Source: a virus
Lineage: Duplodnaviria > Caudoviricetes
DNA: 27,751 bases
Strand: one strand, 5' to 3'
Virus record (IMG/VR): IMGVR_UViG_3300031963_000747
Coordinates: 1 to 27,751 of that record
Shown here piece after piece: positions 16,350 through 23,926 of the stretch. Numbering within the stretch: position 1 is the first letter of the stretch; each line of letters starts with the position of its first letter. A model generated the notes under the pieces. The model saw nothing but the letters and a program-made list of their open reading frames with translations, had not been told where the DNA came from and made no database searches. Position numbers and translations under genes: made by a program.

Positions 16350-16742
16350 ATGAAACCCCAAGACCTTCAAACACTCGCAGCCGCCGCCCTCATGCCCGCA
16401 GGGTTTCGCCACCACGACAGCGGAGAGCCAGCACAGCCCGCAGCAGTCACCGCCGCCCAAGCACTCGCCGCCAAGGTTGACGAGCTGGGCCAGCTTCACG
16501 CAACCATAGCCGACATGAAACGCAAAGCCGACAAAATCCGCACCAAATTGGAAGACGCCGGACTCGCAGACATAGAAGGCCAAGCCTACCGGGTGAATTT
16601 CGCCCAATGCGCCGGCAAGACCCTCACCGACTGGAAAACCATAGCCGCCAAACTCAAGCCGAGCCGCCAGCTTATCGCAGCGCACACCACCACGGGCGAA
16701 GCCAGCACCCGCATGACAGTCAAAGCACGTCAGACACACTAA
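16350..16742 (+). CDS. Hypothetical protein (130 aa) with coiled coil (VDELGQL...)
   Basis: Start reassigned to ATG 16350 after an AGGAG SD. Confidence 0.75.
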   Translation: MKPQDLQTLAAAALMPAGFRHHDSGEPAQPAAVTAAQALAAKVDELGQLHATIADMKRKADKIRTKLEDAGLADIEGQAYRVNFAQCAGKTLTDWKTIAAKLKPSRQLIAAHTTTGEASTRMTVKARQTH

Positions 16743-16754
16743 GGAGCCAACACC

Positions 16755-17012
16755 ATGAAAAAAATCACTTTTTACACCGACCCCGGACACGGCTGGGCAG
16801 CGGTCCCAATGGCCGAACTTTTCACGCTGGGAATCGCCGACAAAATTAGCCCGTACTCATACCGCAAGGGTGAAACCGCGTTTTTAGAAGAAGACTGCGA
16901 TTTTTCCACCTACATGGAAGCAATCAAGGGCCAGCCCTACGAGATCAAAGAACACCACACCAACAACGACAGCCCAATCAGAAACTACACCCCATACAAG
17001 GCCACACCATGA
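16755..17012 (+). CDS. Small hypothetical protein (85 aa), DPGHGW...LEEDCD motif
   Basis: TAAGGAG SD; distinctive motif pair. Confidence 0.8.
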   Translation: MKKITFYTDPGHGWAAVPMAELFTLGIADKISPYSYRKGETAFLEEDCDFSTYMEAIKGQPYEIKEHHTNNDSPIRNYTPYKATP

Positions 17013-17197
17013 CCCGCCAGCACTTCACTATGAACCCCGCCACGCCACACCCAGACAGCGACAGCGACCCGGTGCCGATGCCGCTAGACGAGGCAATAGC
17101 CTTTGCCCTTCGGGTTTTGAAAGACCCGACCGCGGACCAATGGACCCGCCAAAAAGCAGCCGACGAATTAGCTTATTCATTCGAGACACAGGAGTAA
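17009..17197 (+). CDS. Small hypothetical protein (62 aa)
   Basis: ATGA overlap with the previous gene. Confidence 0.65.
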   Translation: MTRQHFTMNPATPHPDSDSDPVPMPLDEAIAFALRVLKDPTADQWTRQKAADELAYSFETQE

Positions 17198-17203
17198 ACC
17201 ACC

Positions 17204-17881
17204 ATGAAATACCACTTTATTCAAGCAAGCAAAAACAGCAAGACCGGACCAATCCCGCAGACATACACCAGCCGCGAAAGTTGCCCGCCATCCTGCCCAC
17301 AGTACCGCAGCGCATGTTATGCCGAGGATTTTTACACGCGCCTAACATGGGACAAAGTACCCAGCAGGGGCACCGATTTAGACGGACTGGTTAAGGCCAT
17401 TAGCCGCCTGCCAAAGGGCCAACTCTGGCGCCACAATGTGGCCGGGGACCTACCCGGAGACGGGGAAACAATCGACGCCTATGCACTCGGGCAAATCGTC
17501 AAGGCCAACAGAGGCCGCGCCGGGTTTACCTACACACACAAGCACAGCCCGGACGCGATCAAGTGGGCCAAGGCCGCGACCGCTTGGGGCTTTACCGTGA
17601 ATCTGAGCGCCGACGATGTGGGGCACGCCGACCGACTCGCCGCCCATGGCCTGCCAGTCGCCGTTATTGTCCCCATGGACACACCGAAGCACACCCGGAC
17701 ACCCGAAGGCCGCCCGGTGCTGGTTTGCCCCGCACAGACAACCGAATACATGACCTGTGCGCTTTGCGCCTTATGCCAACGCGCCGACCGCCGCCAGATC
17801 ATAGGGTTTCGAGCCCATGGGACCAAGGCCAAGCAGGCCGACCGCACCGCCCGCCGGGTTATCCCAATCGCCACAGCTTGA
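17204..17881 (+). CDS. Cys-rich putative metal / Fe-S binding protein (225 aa)
   Basis: NSKTG, CPPSCP..CYA, WRHNVAGD, FTYTH, NLSAD, CPAQ...CALCALC and GFRAHG motifs; resembles phage Gp88-like proteins (from recall). Confidence 0.75.
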   Translation: MKYHFIQASKNSKTGPIPQTYTSRESCPPSCPQYRSACYAEDFYTRLTWDKVPSRGTDLDGLVKAISRLPKGQLWRHNVAGDLPGDGETIDAYALGQIVKANRGRAGFTYTHKHSPDAIKWAKAATAWGFTVNLSADDVGHADRLAAHGLPVAVIVPMDTPKHTRTPEGRPVLVCPAQTTEYMTCALCALCQRADRRQIIGFRAHGTKAKQADRTARRVIPIATA

Positions 17882-17928
17882 CAGCGCCAGCGCCTGCCCC
17901 GTGACAGGGGGCATGAGCGGGTATTGTC
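17880..17928 (+). other. Long imperfect intergenic hairpin (RNase III-like substrate?)
   Basis: Outer stem GACAGCGCC/GGTATTGTC (with G-U pairs and one mismatch), inner stem TGCCCC/GGGGCA. Confidence 0.5.
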
Positions 17929-17951
17929 GCCCGACCACAGGAGCCAAAAAC

Positions 17952-18113
17952 ATGGAAGACCAGCAGCCAAACTACAACAGCACGCCCGCCGAGATTGTCG
18001 AGTATTACGACAGCCATTTAAATCTGACCCTCCGCGAATTGTCGAACATGACAGGCCGCAGCATCCCCTATTTGAAGGGCCTAATAATGCACCCCGAAAA
18101 GGTCAAAGCATGA
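17952..18113 (+). CDS. Small HTH-like protein (53 aa)
   Basis: AGGAG SD; LTLRELSNMTGRSIPYLKGLI resembles an HTH. Confidence 0.7.
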   Translation: MEDQQPNYNSTPAEIVEYYDSHLNLTLRELSNMTGRSIPYLKGLIMHPEKVKA

Positions 18114-18289
18114 AACGATGCACCAACGCCGAGCCGGGCACGTACGGCCACGAATGCGGAAAACCCGCCCAATGGCAAGCCACCAAACCCAACGGGTACA
18201 GCTCGACATTTTGCGACCGATGCCGCCAGCACGGCCACGAGGCCCGCGCATATTCCAACTGGACACCATACAAGGAACCCCAACAATGA
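18110..18289 (+). CDS. Small Cys/His zinc-finger-like protein (59 aa)
   Basis: ATGA overlap; C...HECGKPA...FCDRC. Confidence 0.7.
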   Translation: MKRCTNAEPGTYGHECGKPAQWQATKPNGYSSTFCDRCRQHGHEARAYSNWTPYKEPQQ

Positions 18290-18468
18290 CGCACACCGAA
18301 GCTGCATACATAACCGCCGGTCACCGATACGAACGCGCCAGCACGCCCGCCCAAGTGGCAGCAGCCAGCCAGACAATCCGCATCATGCTCGAGGCCGAAA
18401 AGCCGCACGACCAGACCGAGGCCCGCCACCTAATCGAGCGAGGCAGGCAAGAGGCCCGCAAGGCATGA
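18286..18468 (+). CDS. Small helical protein (60 aa)
   Basis: AAGGA SD and ATGA overlap; MTHTEAAYITAGHRYERA... Confidence 0.75.
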   Translation: MTHTEAAYITAGHRYERASTPAQVAAASQTIRIMLEAEKPHDQTEARHLIERGRQEARKA

Positions 18469-18626
18469 CTTACAAAGGGTTTACCCTAATACGAGGCCGC
18501 ACCTTCCAAGATTGGAGGGTGGACTTTCCCGGGCGTGCTCGATGGGGCACGCTGGCAGAAATCCGGCAGGACGTGGACGCCTACCTGTCGGAGATGCTGC
18601 CGCACCCGCGTCGAGGCATGAACTGA
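18465..18626 (+). CDS. Small hypothetical protein (53 aa)
   Basis: Manually translated MTYKGFTLIRGRTFQDWRVDFPGRARWGTLAEIRQDVDAYLSEMLPHPRRGMN; ATGA overlap. Confidence 0.65.
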   Translation: MTYKGFTLIRGRTFQDWRVDFPGRARWGTLAEIRQDVDAYLSEMLPHPRRGMN

Positions 18627-18708
18627 TGCGCGACCACGACCTTTTGGCTTGCGGAGATGCTGCCAAATTTTTCAACCCATAGGAGCTTTCGGAGATGCTG
18701 CCAAATTT
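18589..18708. repeat. Three direct repeats of CGGAGATGCTGCC (18589, 18652, 18690)
   Basis: 13 bp identical in all three; copies 2 and 3 extend to 19 bp (…AAATTT). Confidence 0.9.
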
Positions 18709-18877
18709 AAACCACCCCCTTACGCTTGCGCACATCGCAGGCGCGAAGGCAACCACACACCAAGCCATGATGGACGCCACAAGGCTGATTCATGCTCTTG
18801 AAAAAGACGCCGCCGAGCAGACCATTGCGTCTTGCAGAGTGGCTGCGGAAATACTTATCGAAAGGAAGCAAGCATGA
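18695..18877 (+). CDS. Small hypothetical protein (60 aa)
   Basis: ATG lies within the third repeat with AGGAG upstream; ATGA overlap downstream. Confidence 0.6.
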   Translation: MLPNLNHPLTLAHIAGAKATTHQAMMDATRLIHALEKDAAEQTIASCRVAAEILIERKQA

Positions 18878-18972
18878 AACACAAAAACGTCGAGCTGATC
18901 AGCGACAAAGCCGAGCGCGTGATCTTTTTACTGTTGGCCATCTTCTTGGCTGTGTTCCTGTATCTGGAGTAA
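18874..18972 (+). CDS. Single-TM microprotein (32 aa)
   Basis: Manually translated MKHKNVELISDKAERVIFLLLAIFLAVFLYLE; AAGGA SD. Confidence 0.65.
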   Translation: MKHKNVELISDKAERVIFLLLAIFLAVFLYLE

Positions 18973-18974
18973 CC

Positions 18975-19163
18975 ATGCCAACCTACCGCCTGACCATCGA
19001 GCGCACCGTGCGCTTTCAGCTTGACCTCGAGGCAGATAGCCGCATAGACGCACTCAGGAAAGTTACTGACATGGCTTTGGACTATGATGATCGAGACCTA
19101 AAGGAAACTCGTGTCATATCTGTCCAAGAACCAACAAAGCCTGTTCAGCATCCATTTGATTGA
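18975..19163 (+). CDS. Small hypothetical protein (62 aa)
   Basis: GGAG SD before ATG 18975 (MPTYRLTIERTVRFQLDLEA...). Confidence 0.7.
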   Translation: MPTYRLTIERTVRFQLDLEADSRIDALRKVTDMALDYDDRDLKETRVISVQEPTKPVQHPFD

Positions 19164-19326
19164 GGGTCCCGATGGCCGTGTGTCTGCCCTTGCGGAGTGG
19201 GTGGGCCACGGCCCCAATGTGCTGGACATTGGGTTTGAAATCATGCAGAAGTTGGAGCTGGCAGCCCAAGCCCACCCCGAGCGCCTAGCTGTCCAACCCC
19301 TGACACACTGCGACAACTACCAGTGA
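19111..19326 (+). CDS. Small hypothetical protein (71 aa)
   Basis: AAGGA plus GTG start; 53-nt overlap with the previous gene; fills the gap to the convergent gene. Confidence 0.55.
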   Translation: MSYLSKNQQSLFSIHLIEGPDGRVSALAEWVGHGPNVLDIGFEIMQKLELAAQAHPERLAVQPLTHCDNYQ

Positions 19327-19662
19327 TCACTGCCACGGCGCCACGCCACCGGCAAACGCGGTTTTTGGGGTGTAGGCCATCTCTTTCTTTTTGAAGTAGC
19401 TTTTGCGGCTTCTCTCCTCTTGCGTTCTCACGCGCACAGGTGGCGCATCCTCCCCATCCCCCAGTGAATACAGCTTGAGCCTGTTTCGCCCGTCACTCTC
19501 GACCGTGTAGCCGATGACGTAAATCATTTTGTGGGCCTTCATCTCGTTGAGCATGCGCCCAACAGCCTTGGGGTTTGAGTCTGTCTTCTGGGCTAGATCG
19601 AGCCGGGTAGATGGGCCTTTGAATAGCTCAGCAAGTACAGCTACGGTTTTCTTCATTGTCAT
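19327..19662 (-). CDS. Winged-HTH DNA-binding protein
   Basis: GPSTRLDLAQKTDSNPKAVGRMLNEM...IYVIGY; ATGA overlap with the primase stop. Confidence 0.7.
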   Translation of the reverse strand: MTMKKTVAVLAELFKGPSTRLDLAQKTDSNPKAVGRMLNEMKAHKMIYVIGYTVESDGRNRLKLYSLGDGEDAPPVRVRTQEERSRKSYFKKKEMAYTPKTAFAGGVAPWQ

Positions 19663-20486
19663 GCCTTCTCCTTGCGAAATATCTTGTCGAGTGCCTGTGA
19701 GCATTTGAACAGGCCAATTGATTGGTGCAGGTCGTTAAAGTCGCCGACCGCTTCGCTCATAAAGTACGGCCAACCGATGGCCTCCGCAGTGTTCTGACCG
19801 GTGCGCGAGAGGTCGTGGTCTGCAATAACAAACCCACCCGGCAAAGTGGCCGCCACCTTCTTCATGTTGCCCGCCGAAAAGCAAACGTGTAAGGTGTAGC
19901 GCCGCTTCAATGCCTTCATGGCGGCCTTGACCGAGAGTGCCGTGGCGTACCCCTCACACAGGATATGAGGCCCGTGATTGTCGAAGGTGAACGCCGCCTC
20001 GCTCGTGCGCTGGCCGAAGAGAAACTTCTTGCCGCCCTCTTCATTGATGATCTGGCAGCCGACCAGCCGATGGCCAACCCGCATGGGGATGACCAGCAGC
20101 AGCTCATTCTCGTGCTTCCAGACGTTGCCCTGCTCCTCCTCGAAGCCCTTGCTCTTGAGGTAGGGGTGGTAGCCGATCTGGCACTGGTGGAGGATGAAGC
20201 CAGCCTTTTGAGCCGCCTTCTCCTGTTTGTCGCGGATGTCGCGGTGAGCAGCCTCCACCAATTTGCGCGCCTTGTTCGGGTCCATCGCAGAGTCGCCTTC
20301 GGCGTGCCAAACTGAAATTTCCGTTTGGGTGGCGTGGTTTTGGACGTAGCCCACATCACCAAGCCACTTGACTGCGCCGTTACGATGGTGCCTCTTGTCC
20401 TCCGTGGGATAGCGTTTCCACACCCCGATGGGGGGCTCACGGTCGATCAGGATTCCGTGGGCGCGGCAAAAGTCAATGAAGTGCAT
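19659..20486 (-). CDS. TOPRIM-domain primase-like protein
   Basis: HPYLKSKG, LVIPMR, CQII..EGGKKFL, LCEGYATALS, IADHD and GDFND motifs; start at ATG 20486 (MHFIDFCRAHG). Confidence 0.85.
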   Translation of the reverse strand: MHFIDFCRAHGILIDREPPIGVWKRYPTEDKRHHRNGAVKWLGDVGYVQNHATQTEISVWHAEGDSAMDPNKARKLVEAAHRDIRDKQEKAAQKAGFILHQCQIGYHPYLKSKGFEEEQGNVWKHENELLLVIPMRVGHRLVGCQIINEEGGKKFLFGQRTSEAAFTFDNHGPHILCEGYATALSVKAAMKALKRRYTLHVCFSAGNMKKVAATLPGGFVIADHDLSRTGQNTAEAIGWPYFMSEAVGDFNDLHQSIGLFKCSQALDKIFRKEKA

Positions 20487-21136
20487 TACAAAAGCCTCCC
20501 ATTTTTCTGGGCCCAATCAATTGGATCGAGGTTTTTCTTTTTGAGGTTGCAAGTCGGGGTGAGCAACTGGATGTTGCTGTCTTCGTTTTTGCCACCCCTT
20601 GACACAGGCATGATGTGATCAATGTGATAGCCAGCATCAAGATTGGCACCACAGCAAGCGCACCGACCCTTTTGCAGCTTGAGCAATCTCTCCACGATGT
20701 CTGTTGAAAGTTTTCCGCCAGCAAGACGTCTCTCCCTGTTGGCTTTTATGGCGCGAACCTTCTCTTTGTTTTCAGACATCCATTTTTTATTTGCCGCCAG
20801 CATCTTCTCTCTGTTTTGCTGGTGGTACTCGGAGTTTTTTTTGTTTATATGGTCCTTTTTCTCCAGATACTGAAGCCTGCGCCTCTCTTTAATTTTCTCG
20901 ACATTTTCTTTTCTGTACTCGATGGCCTTCAGCCTGAGGGCCTCTCTGTTTGCGGCGCGATACTCGGCAGTAATTTGCGTGATGTGGTCCTTCTTTTGCT
21001 GATACCTCTCGCGCTCCTTCTGGAGTTTTTCTGGGGATGATTTTGTAGTTTTCATGCCGAGATCATAGAAAGTTTTGCGTGATTCTGCAAGTGAATTTCT
21101 CACGCCGTGCAGGCGGCAAAAGTCAAGCAGGTGCAT
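20486..21136 (-). CDS. Free-standing HNH endonuclease (McrA/HNH_5-like core); alternative start at 21055
   Basis: QKGRCACC...HIDHIMPVSRGGKNEDSNIQLLTPTCNLKK core with a basic helical-repeat N-terminus; TAATG coupling at both ends. Confidence 0.9.
   Translation of the reverse strand: MHLLDFCRLHGVRNSLAESRKTFYDLGMKTTKSSPEKLQKERERYQQKKDHITQITAEYRAANREALRLKAIEYRKENVEKIKERRRLQYLEKKDHINKKNSEYHQQNREKMLAANKKWMSENKEKVRAIKANRERRLAGGKLSTDIVERLLKLQKGRCACCGANLDAGYHIDHIMPVSRGGKNEDSNIQLLTPTCNLKKKNLDPIDWAQKNGRLL
21062..21090 (-). promoter_or_regulatory. Sigma70-like promoter for a leaderless HNH transcript
   Basis: TTGCAG-17 nt-TATGAT-6 nt-ATG(21055), in frame with the HNH. Confidence 0.65.
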
Positions 21137-22602
21137 TACCTTTTTCCCTTCAAGTAACGGATGAGTGCAGCCTTCACTGCCCTGTTGAACTCTACGCTCG
21201 GGGTTTTCGGCGTTTCCGCCAGATTCTTGGGCCAGACTCCGAACTTGTCTTTGTAGGTATGTGCCGCTCTTCCTGCGCTCCAGCCGTGGTACTTGACCAT
21301 GTACTGGCACATGCTGTACCAATCTTGCTTGCTTTCCCGAGAGGCCGCTTGTTTCAGCTCCTCCATTTCTCCGGGCACCGACTCCACCATGCTGCGCTTC
21401 TCGCGGGTGTAGCCGCAGTGGATGCAAGTGTCTGACCCGCCAGCCCACAGGTGGCCGCACTTGGGGCATTTGGCTGCTTCCTTTTCCTTGTCGGTCTTCT
21501 CCTTCTTGGTCTTCTCGCGGGCGTCATCCAGCTCGTGTACGCCGTTGCTGTAAATCTCTTCCCAGTCCTCTTGGAACCTGACGTAGTTGCCTGCATGATC
21601 CAGCCACACTGCAAACTCTTTGTCGGCGCAACCGCGCATCACTCGGCCCATCTGCTGGACGTGAGACGACAGTGACTTGCTGAACGGCCTTGCACTCACG
21701 CCGATCATCACGTCAGGAACGTCAAAGCCCTTGGTTAAGATATCAGTAGCGATCAGGCCGTGAATCTCCGTGTCCGGCTTGCTGAAGTCCTCGATCACAT
21801 CGCGCTTGAACTCGTCATCATCCTTGTATGAGATGCTGATGAAGTTGTAGCCCTGCTCGGCAAACTTCTTCGACAGGTCTGCGCCGTGCTCCACGCCAGA
21901 GCAGAAGATGATGGTCTTGCGTGGCCGGCCAAATATCTCGTGCGTCTTCTTAATCCACTCGGACACGATGTCGCCAGTGATCTGCATGCCGCGCTTTGTT
22001 GACTCGGCCTGACTCCACTCGCCCGCAACCTTCTTGGCTCCGGTCATGTCGATCTCTTTGGCAACGAACACGCGCAGCGGGCACAGCACTTTCTGATCGA
22101 CCAGCTCCTTGGTTGTGACCGTGCTGACAACGTTCTCGTACACGTTACCCAACCCCTTTGTGAATGGCGAGGCAGACAGGCCAATGACCTTGATGTCCGG
22201 GTTGTTCTTGATGAACTCGATGGTCTGCCTGCGCATAGCGTGCGCCTCATCAACGATCATCAGCGTGAGGCCGGGAAAGGAGCCGCGCTTCTCGAGCGTC
22301 TGAGCCGAGCACACCTGAATGTGTTCGTATGGCCTGTACCGCCAGTGGCCAGACTGAAGCACGCCGTGCTCGATCTTGTACTTCTCCAAGCGCTGGCTTG
22401 TCTGGTCGCACAAGATGATGCGGTCCAAGATCATCGCTGCGCGGTTACCCTTCTTGTGCGTTGCATCAAGCAGCGCAATTGCCATTTCAGTTTTCCCACC
22501 ACCAGTCGGGCTATAAAGCATTTGAGCCCTATACCCAGCGGCAAAACCTTTTCTTAATCCATCCAAAGTATCGTTCTGATACCCTCGTAATTCCAAAGCC
22601 AT
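21136..22602 (-). CDS. Superfamily 2 DEAH-box helicase with C-terminal zinc ribbon
   Basis: LRGYQ (Q motif), SPTGGGKT, IVDEAH, LSASP, GFDVPD, QQMGRVMR and CPKC..CIHC; start reassigned to ATG 22602 after GGAG. Confidence 0.93.
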   Translation of the reverse strand: MALELRGYQNDTLDGLRKGFAAGYRAQMLYSPTGGGKTEMAIALLDATHKKGNRAAMILDRIILCDQTSQRLEKYKIEHGVLQSGHWRYRPYEHIQVCSAQTLEKRGSFPGLTLMIVDEAHAMRRQTIEFIKNNPDIKVIGLSASPFTKGLGNVYENVVSTVTTKELVDQKVLCPLRVFVAKEIDMTGAKKVAGEWSQAESTKRGMQITGDIVSEWIKKTHEIFGRPRKTIIFCSGVEHGADLSKKFAEQGYNFISISYKDDDEFKRDVIEDFSKPDTEIHGLIATDILTKGFDVPDVMIGVSARPFSKSLSSHVQQMGRVMRGCADKEFAVWLDHAGNYVRFQEDWEEIYSNGVHELDDAREKTKKEKTDKEKEAAKCPKCGHLWAGGSDTCIHCGYTREKRSMVESVPGEMEELKQAASRESKQDWYSMCQYMVKYHGWSAGRAAHTYKDKFGVWPKNLAETPKTPSVEFNRAVKAALIRYLKGKR

Positions 22603-22649
22603 TTGTTTCTCCAACTGCCAGCACACATGCCCGCTGGCTTGGGCAATGA

Positions 22650-22952
22650 TCAAGCCTCGTATGTCAGGGCCTGAAGCTCCATGATCTTGCGCTTGAGGTT
22701 GTTGATCTCGTTCTCTGCATCGGCTTGAATCTTTTTGATCTTGGCCTCTTGCGTCTGCACCATGCTGAGCACCAAGTCCTTCTTGGTCATGGTGGATGTG
22801 AGTGTGATTTCCGCTGTGCCGACTTCAAGCCAGCCTGCGGTTTTCATATCCATATCCATGCTGGTGTAAGTGAGTCTTGATGGGTCTTCGAGATCGCTCT
22901 CGTCAGCCCATTCTGGTCTTGTGATCCATGCTTTGGCGGTTACGGTTTTCAT
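22650..22952 (-). CDS. Hypothetical protein (100 aa), C-terminal coiled coil
   Basis: AAGGAG SD and ATGA overlap. Confidence 0.8.
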   Translation of the reverse strand: MKTVTAKAWITRPEWADESDLEDPSRLTYTSMDMDMKTAGWLEVGTAEITLTSTMTKKDLVLSMVQTQEAKIKKIQADAENEINNLKRKIMELQALTYEA

Positions 22953-23770
22953 GCTTGCTCCTTCTTGAGTTGACGCTGAATCGACATCACTTGCTTCTTG
23001 AGTTGTGAGTTCTCTGATTGATACTGATCCCGGCTTTGCTTGACCGCCGCCAGCTCGATCTTGGTAATGCGCAGCTCCTCACGCAGCTCGTCTATCAGGC
23101 TTGAGGCGGCTTGCTTTTCTTCTGGTGAGGCATCCATAGCCACAACTGCTACACGCGCCTTCAGCTCTTCATTCTCAGCCAACAGCATGTCGATGGCCTC
23201 TTGGTTCTGATCGTCCTGCGGTGGCGTGATCTCGGGACCCTTGAGTTCTGGCTCCTTCGGTGCTCGGCCCGGTGCCTTCTTCTTCTCCATCACCTTGCCG
23301 CTTGGTGTTTTGTACTTCACCGTGTCGCCAGTGTCTTTGCCAGCACCCTTACGCAGCTCAGATACAAATGACGGGGATACGCCGCAGTGCTTGGCTATTT
23401 GAGTGTTACTCATACCCTGCCATGCAAAGTCATCAAGCAGCGTCATCACAGCCTTGCGCTTATCAGCGTAGGAGCGGCGCATGCCGTGGTCTGTGTTCAC
23501 ACCTGTTGAGCGAAAGATGGCGTCTGTAATTGATCCGTTAACCACTTCGCACAAGATGCTCACCTTCTCCGCACGCTTGTGAGCAAGCACGCGATGGTAG
23601 CCGTCCGTCAGGTAATAGTTGATGCTGTCAAAATATACAAGCACCGGGGGGAAGTCAGCCCCGCCGAGAAGTGCTTCAGCGTAATCTGAGACGGCCTCTT
23701 CGCTTATCTCCACCCTAGACTGCAAGCGCTGGTCCATCACCAGAGCGCCAATGTTCATGACCTTGTTCAT
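22949..23770 (-). CDS. ParB/Srx N-terminal domain + HTH + coiled-coil protein
   Basis: FPPVLV...LTDGYHRVLA, SNTQIAKHCGVSPSFVSELR (HTH) and heptad tail; start reassigned to ATG 23770. Confidence 0.8.
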   Translation of the reverse strand: MNKVMNIGALVMDQRLQSRVEISEEAVSDYAEALLGGADFPPVLVYFDSINYYLTDGYHRVLAHKRAEKVSILCEVVNGSITDAIFRSTGVNTDHGMRRSYADKRKAVMTLLDDFAWQGMSNTQIAKHCGVSPSFVSELRKGAGKDTGDTVKYKTPSGKVMEKKKAPGRAPKEPELKGPEITPPQDDQNQEAIDMLLAENEELKARVAVVAMDASPEEKQAASSLIDELREELRITKIELAAVKQSRDQYQSENSQLKKQVMSIQRQLKKEQA

Positions 23771-23916
23771 TTGCTTTCCTTCATAGTCCACCCCAAAAGA
23801 AACCAACGCCAGTAAGTCTGGATGTTGATGTTGTCGTACTTTTCGCCATCCCAACCCGGGGCTCGTTTGCCCTTGGTTAAAAGGATCGCTTCAAACTGCT
23901 TTCGCGCTTCGTGCAT
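23767..23916 (-). CDS. Small hypothetical protein (49 aa)
   Basis: Manually translated MHEARKQFEAILLTKGKRAPGWDGEKYDNINIQTYWRWFLLGWTMKESK; AGGAGG SD and ATGA overlap. Confidence 0.75.
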   Translation of the reverse strand: MHEARKQFEAILLTKGKRAPGWDGEKYDNINIQTYWRWFLLGWTMKESK

Positions 23917-23926
23917 GTTGCACCTC

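Larger units (their letters stand above)
20455..21139. repeat. Diverged 35-bp direct repeat (20455-20489 and 21105-21139, 29/35 identical) bracketing the HNH
   Basis: Encodes MHFIDFCRAHG versus MHLLDFCRLHG; offset exactly 650 nt. Confidence 0.9.

Noticed and set aside
17878-17906. Perfect TTGACA as a promoter -35
   Set aside because: No acceptable -10 at 16-18 nt (GTGACA); the sequence is better explained as a stop codon plus hairpin arm.
18589-18708. Triple repeat as a mini-CRISPR array
   Set aside because: The repeats are only 13-19 bp, spacer lengths are unequal, and there are no cas genes in the window.
21137-21469. N-terminal extension of the HNH ORF overlapping the helicase 3' end (possible frameshift fusion)
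   Set aside because: It is an alternative frame of the helicase. TAATG coupling at 21136 and the promoter-linked ATG at 21055 give better starts, and no slippery site was noticed.
22617-22638. GCCAGC/GCTGGC hairpin upstream of the helicase SD
   Set aside because: Only a 6-bp stem with no U-tract; it could be regulatory but support is insufficient.
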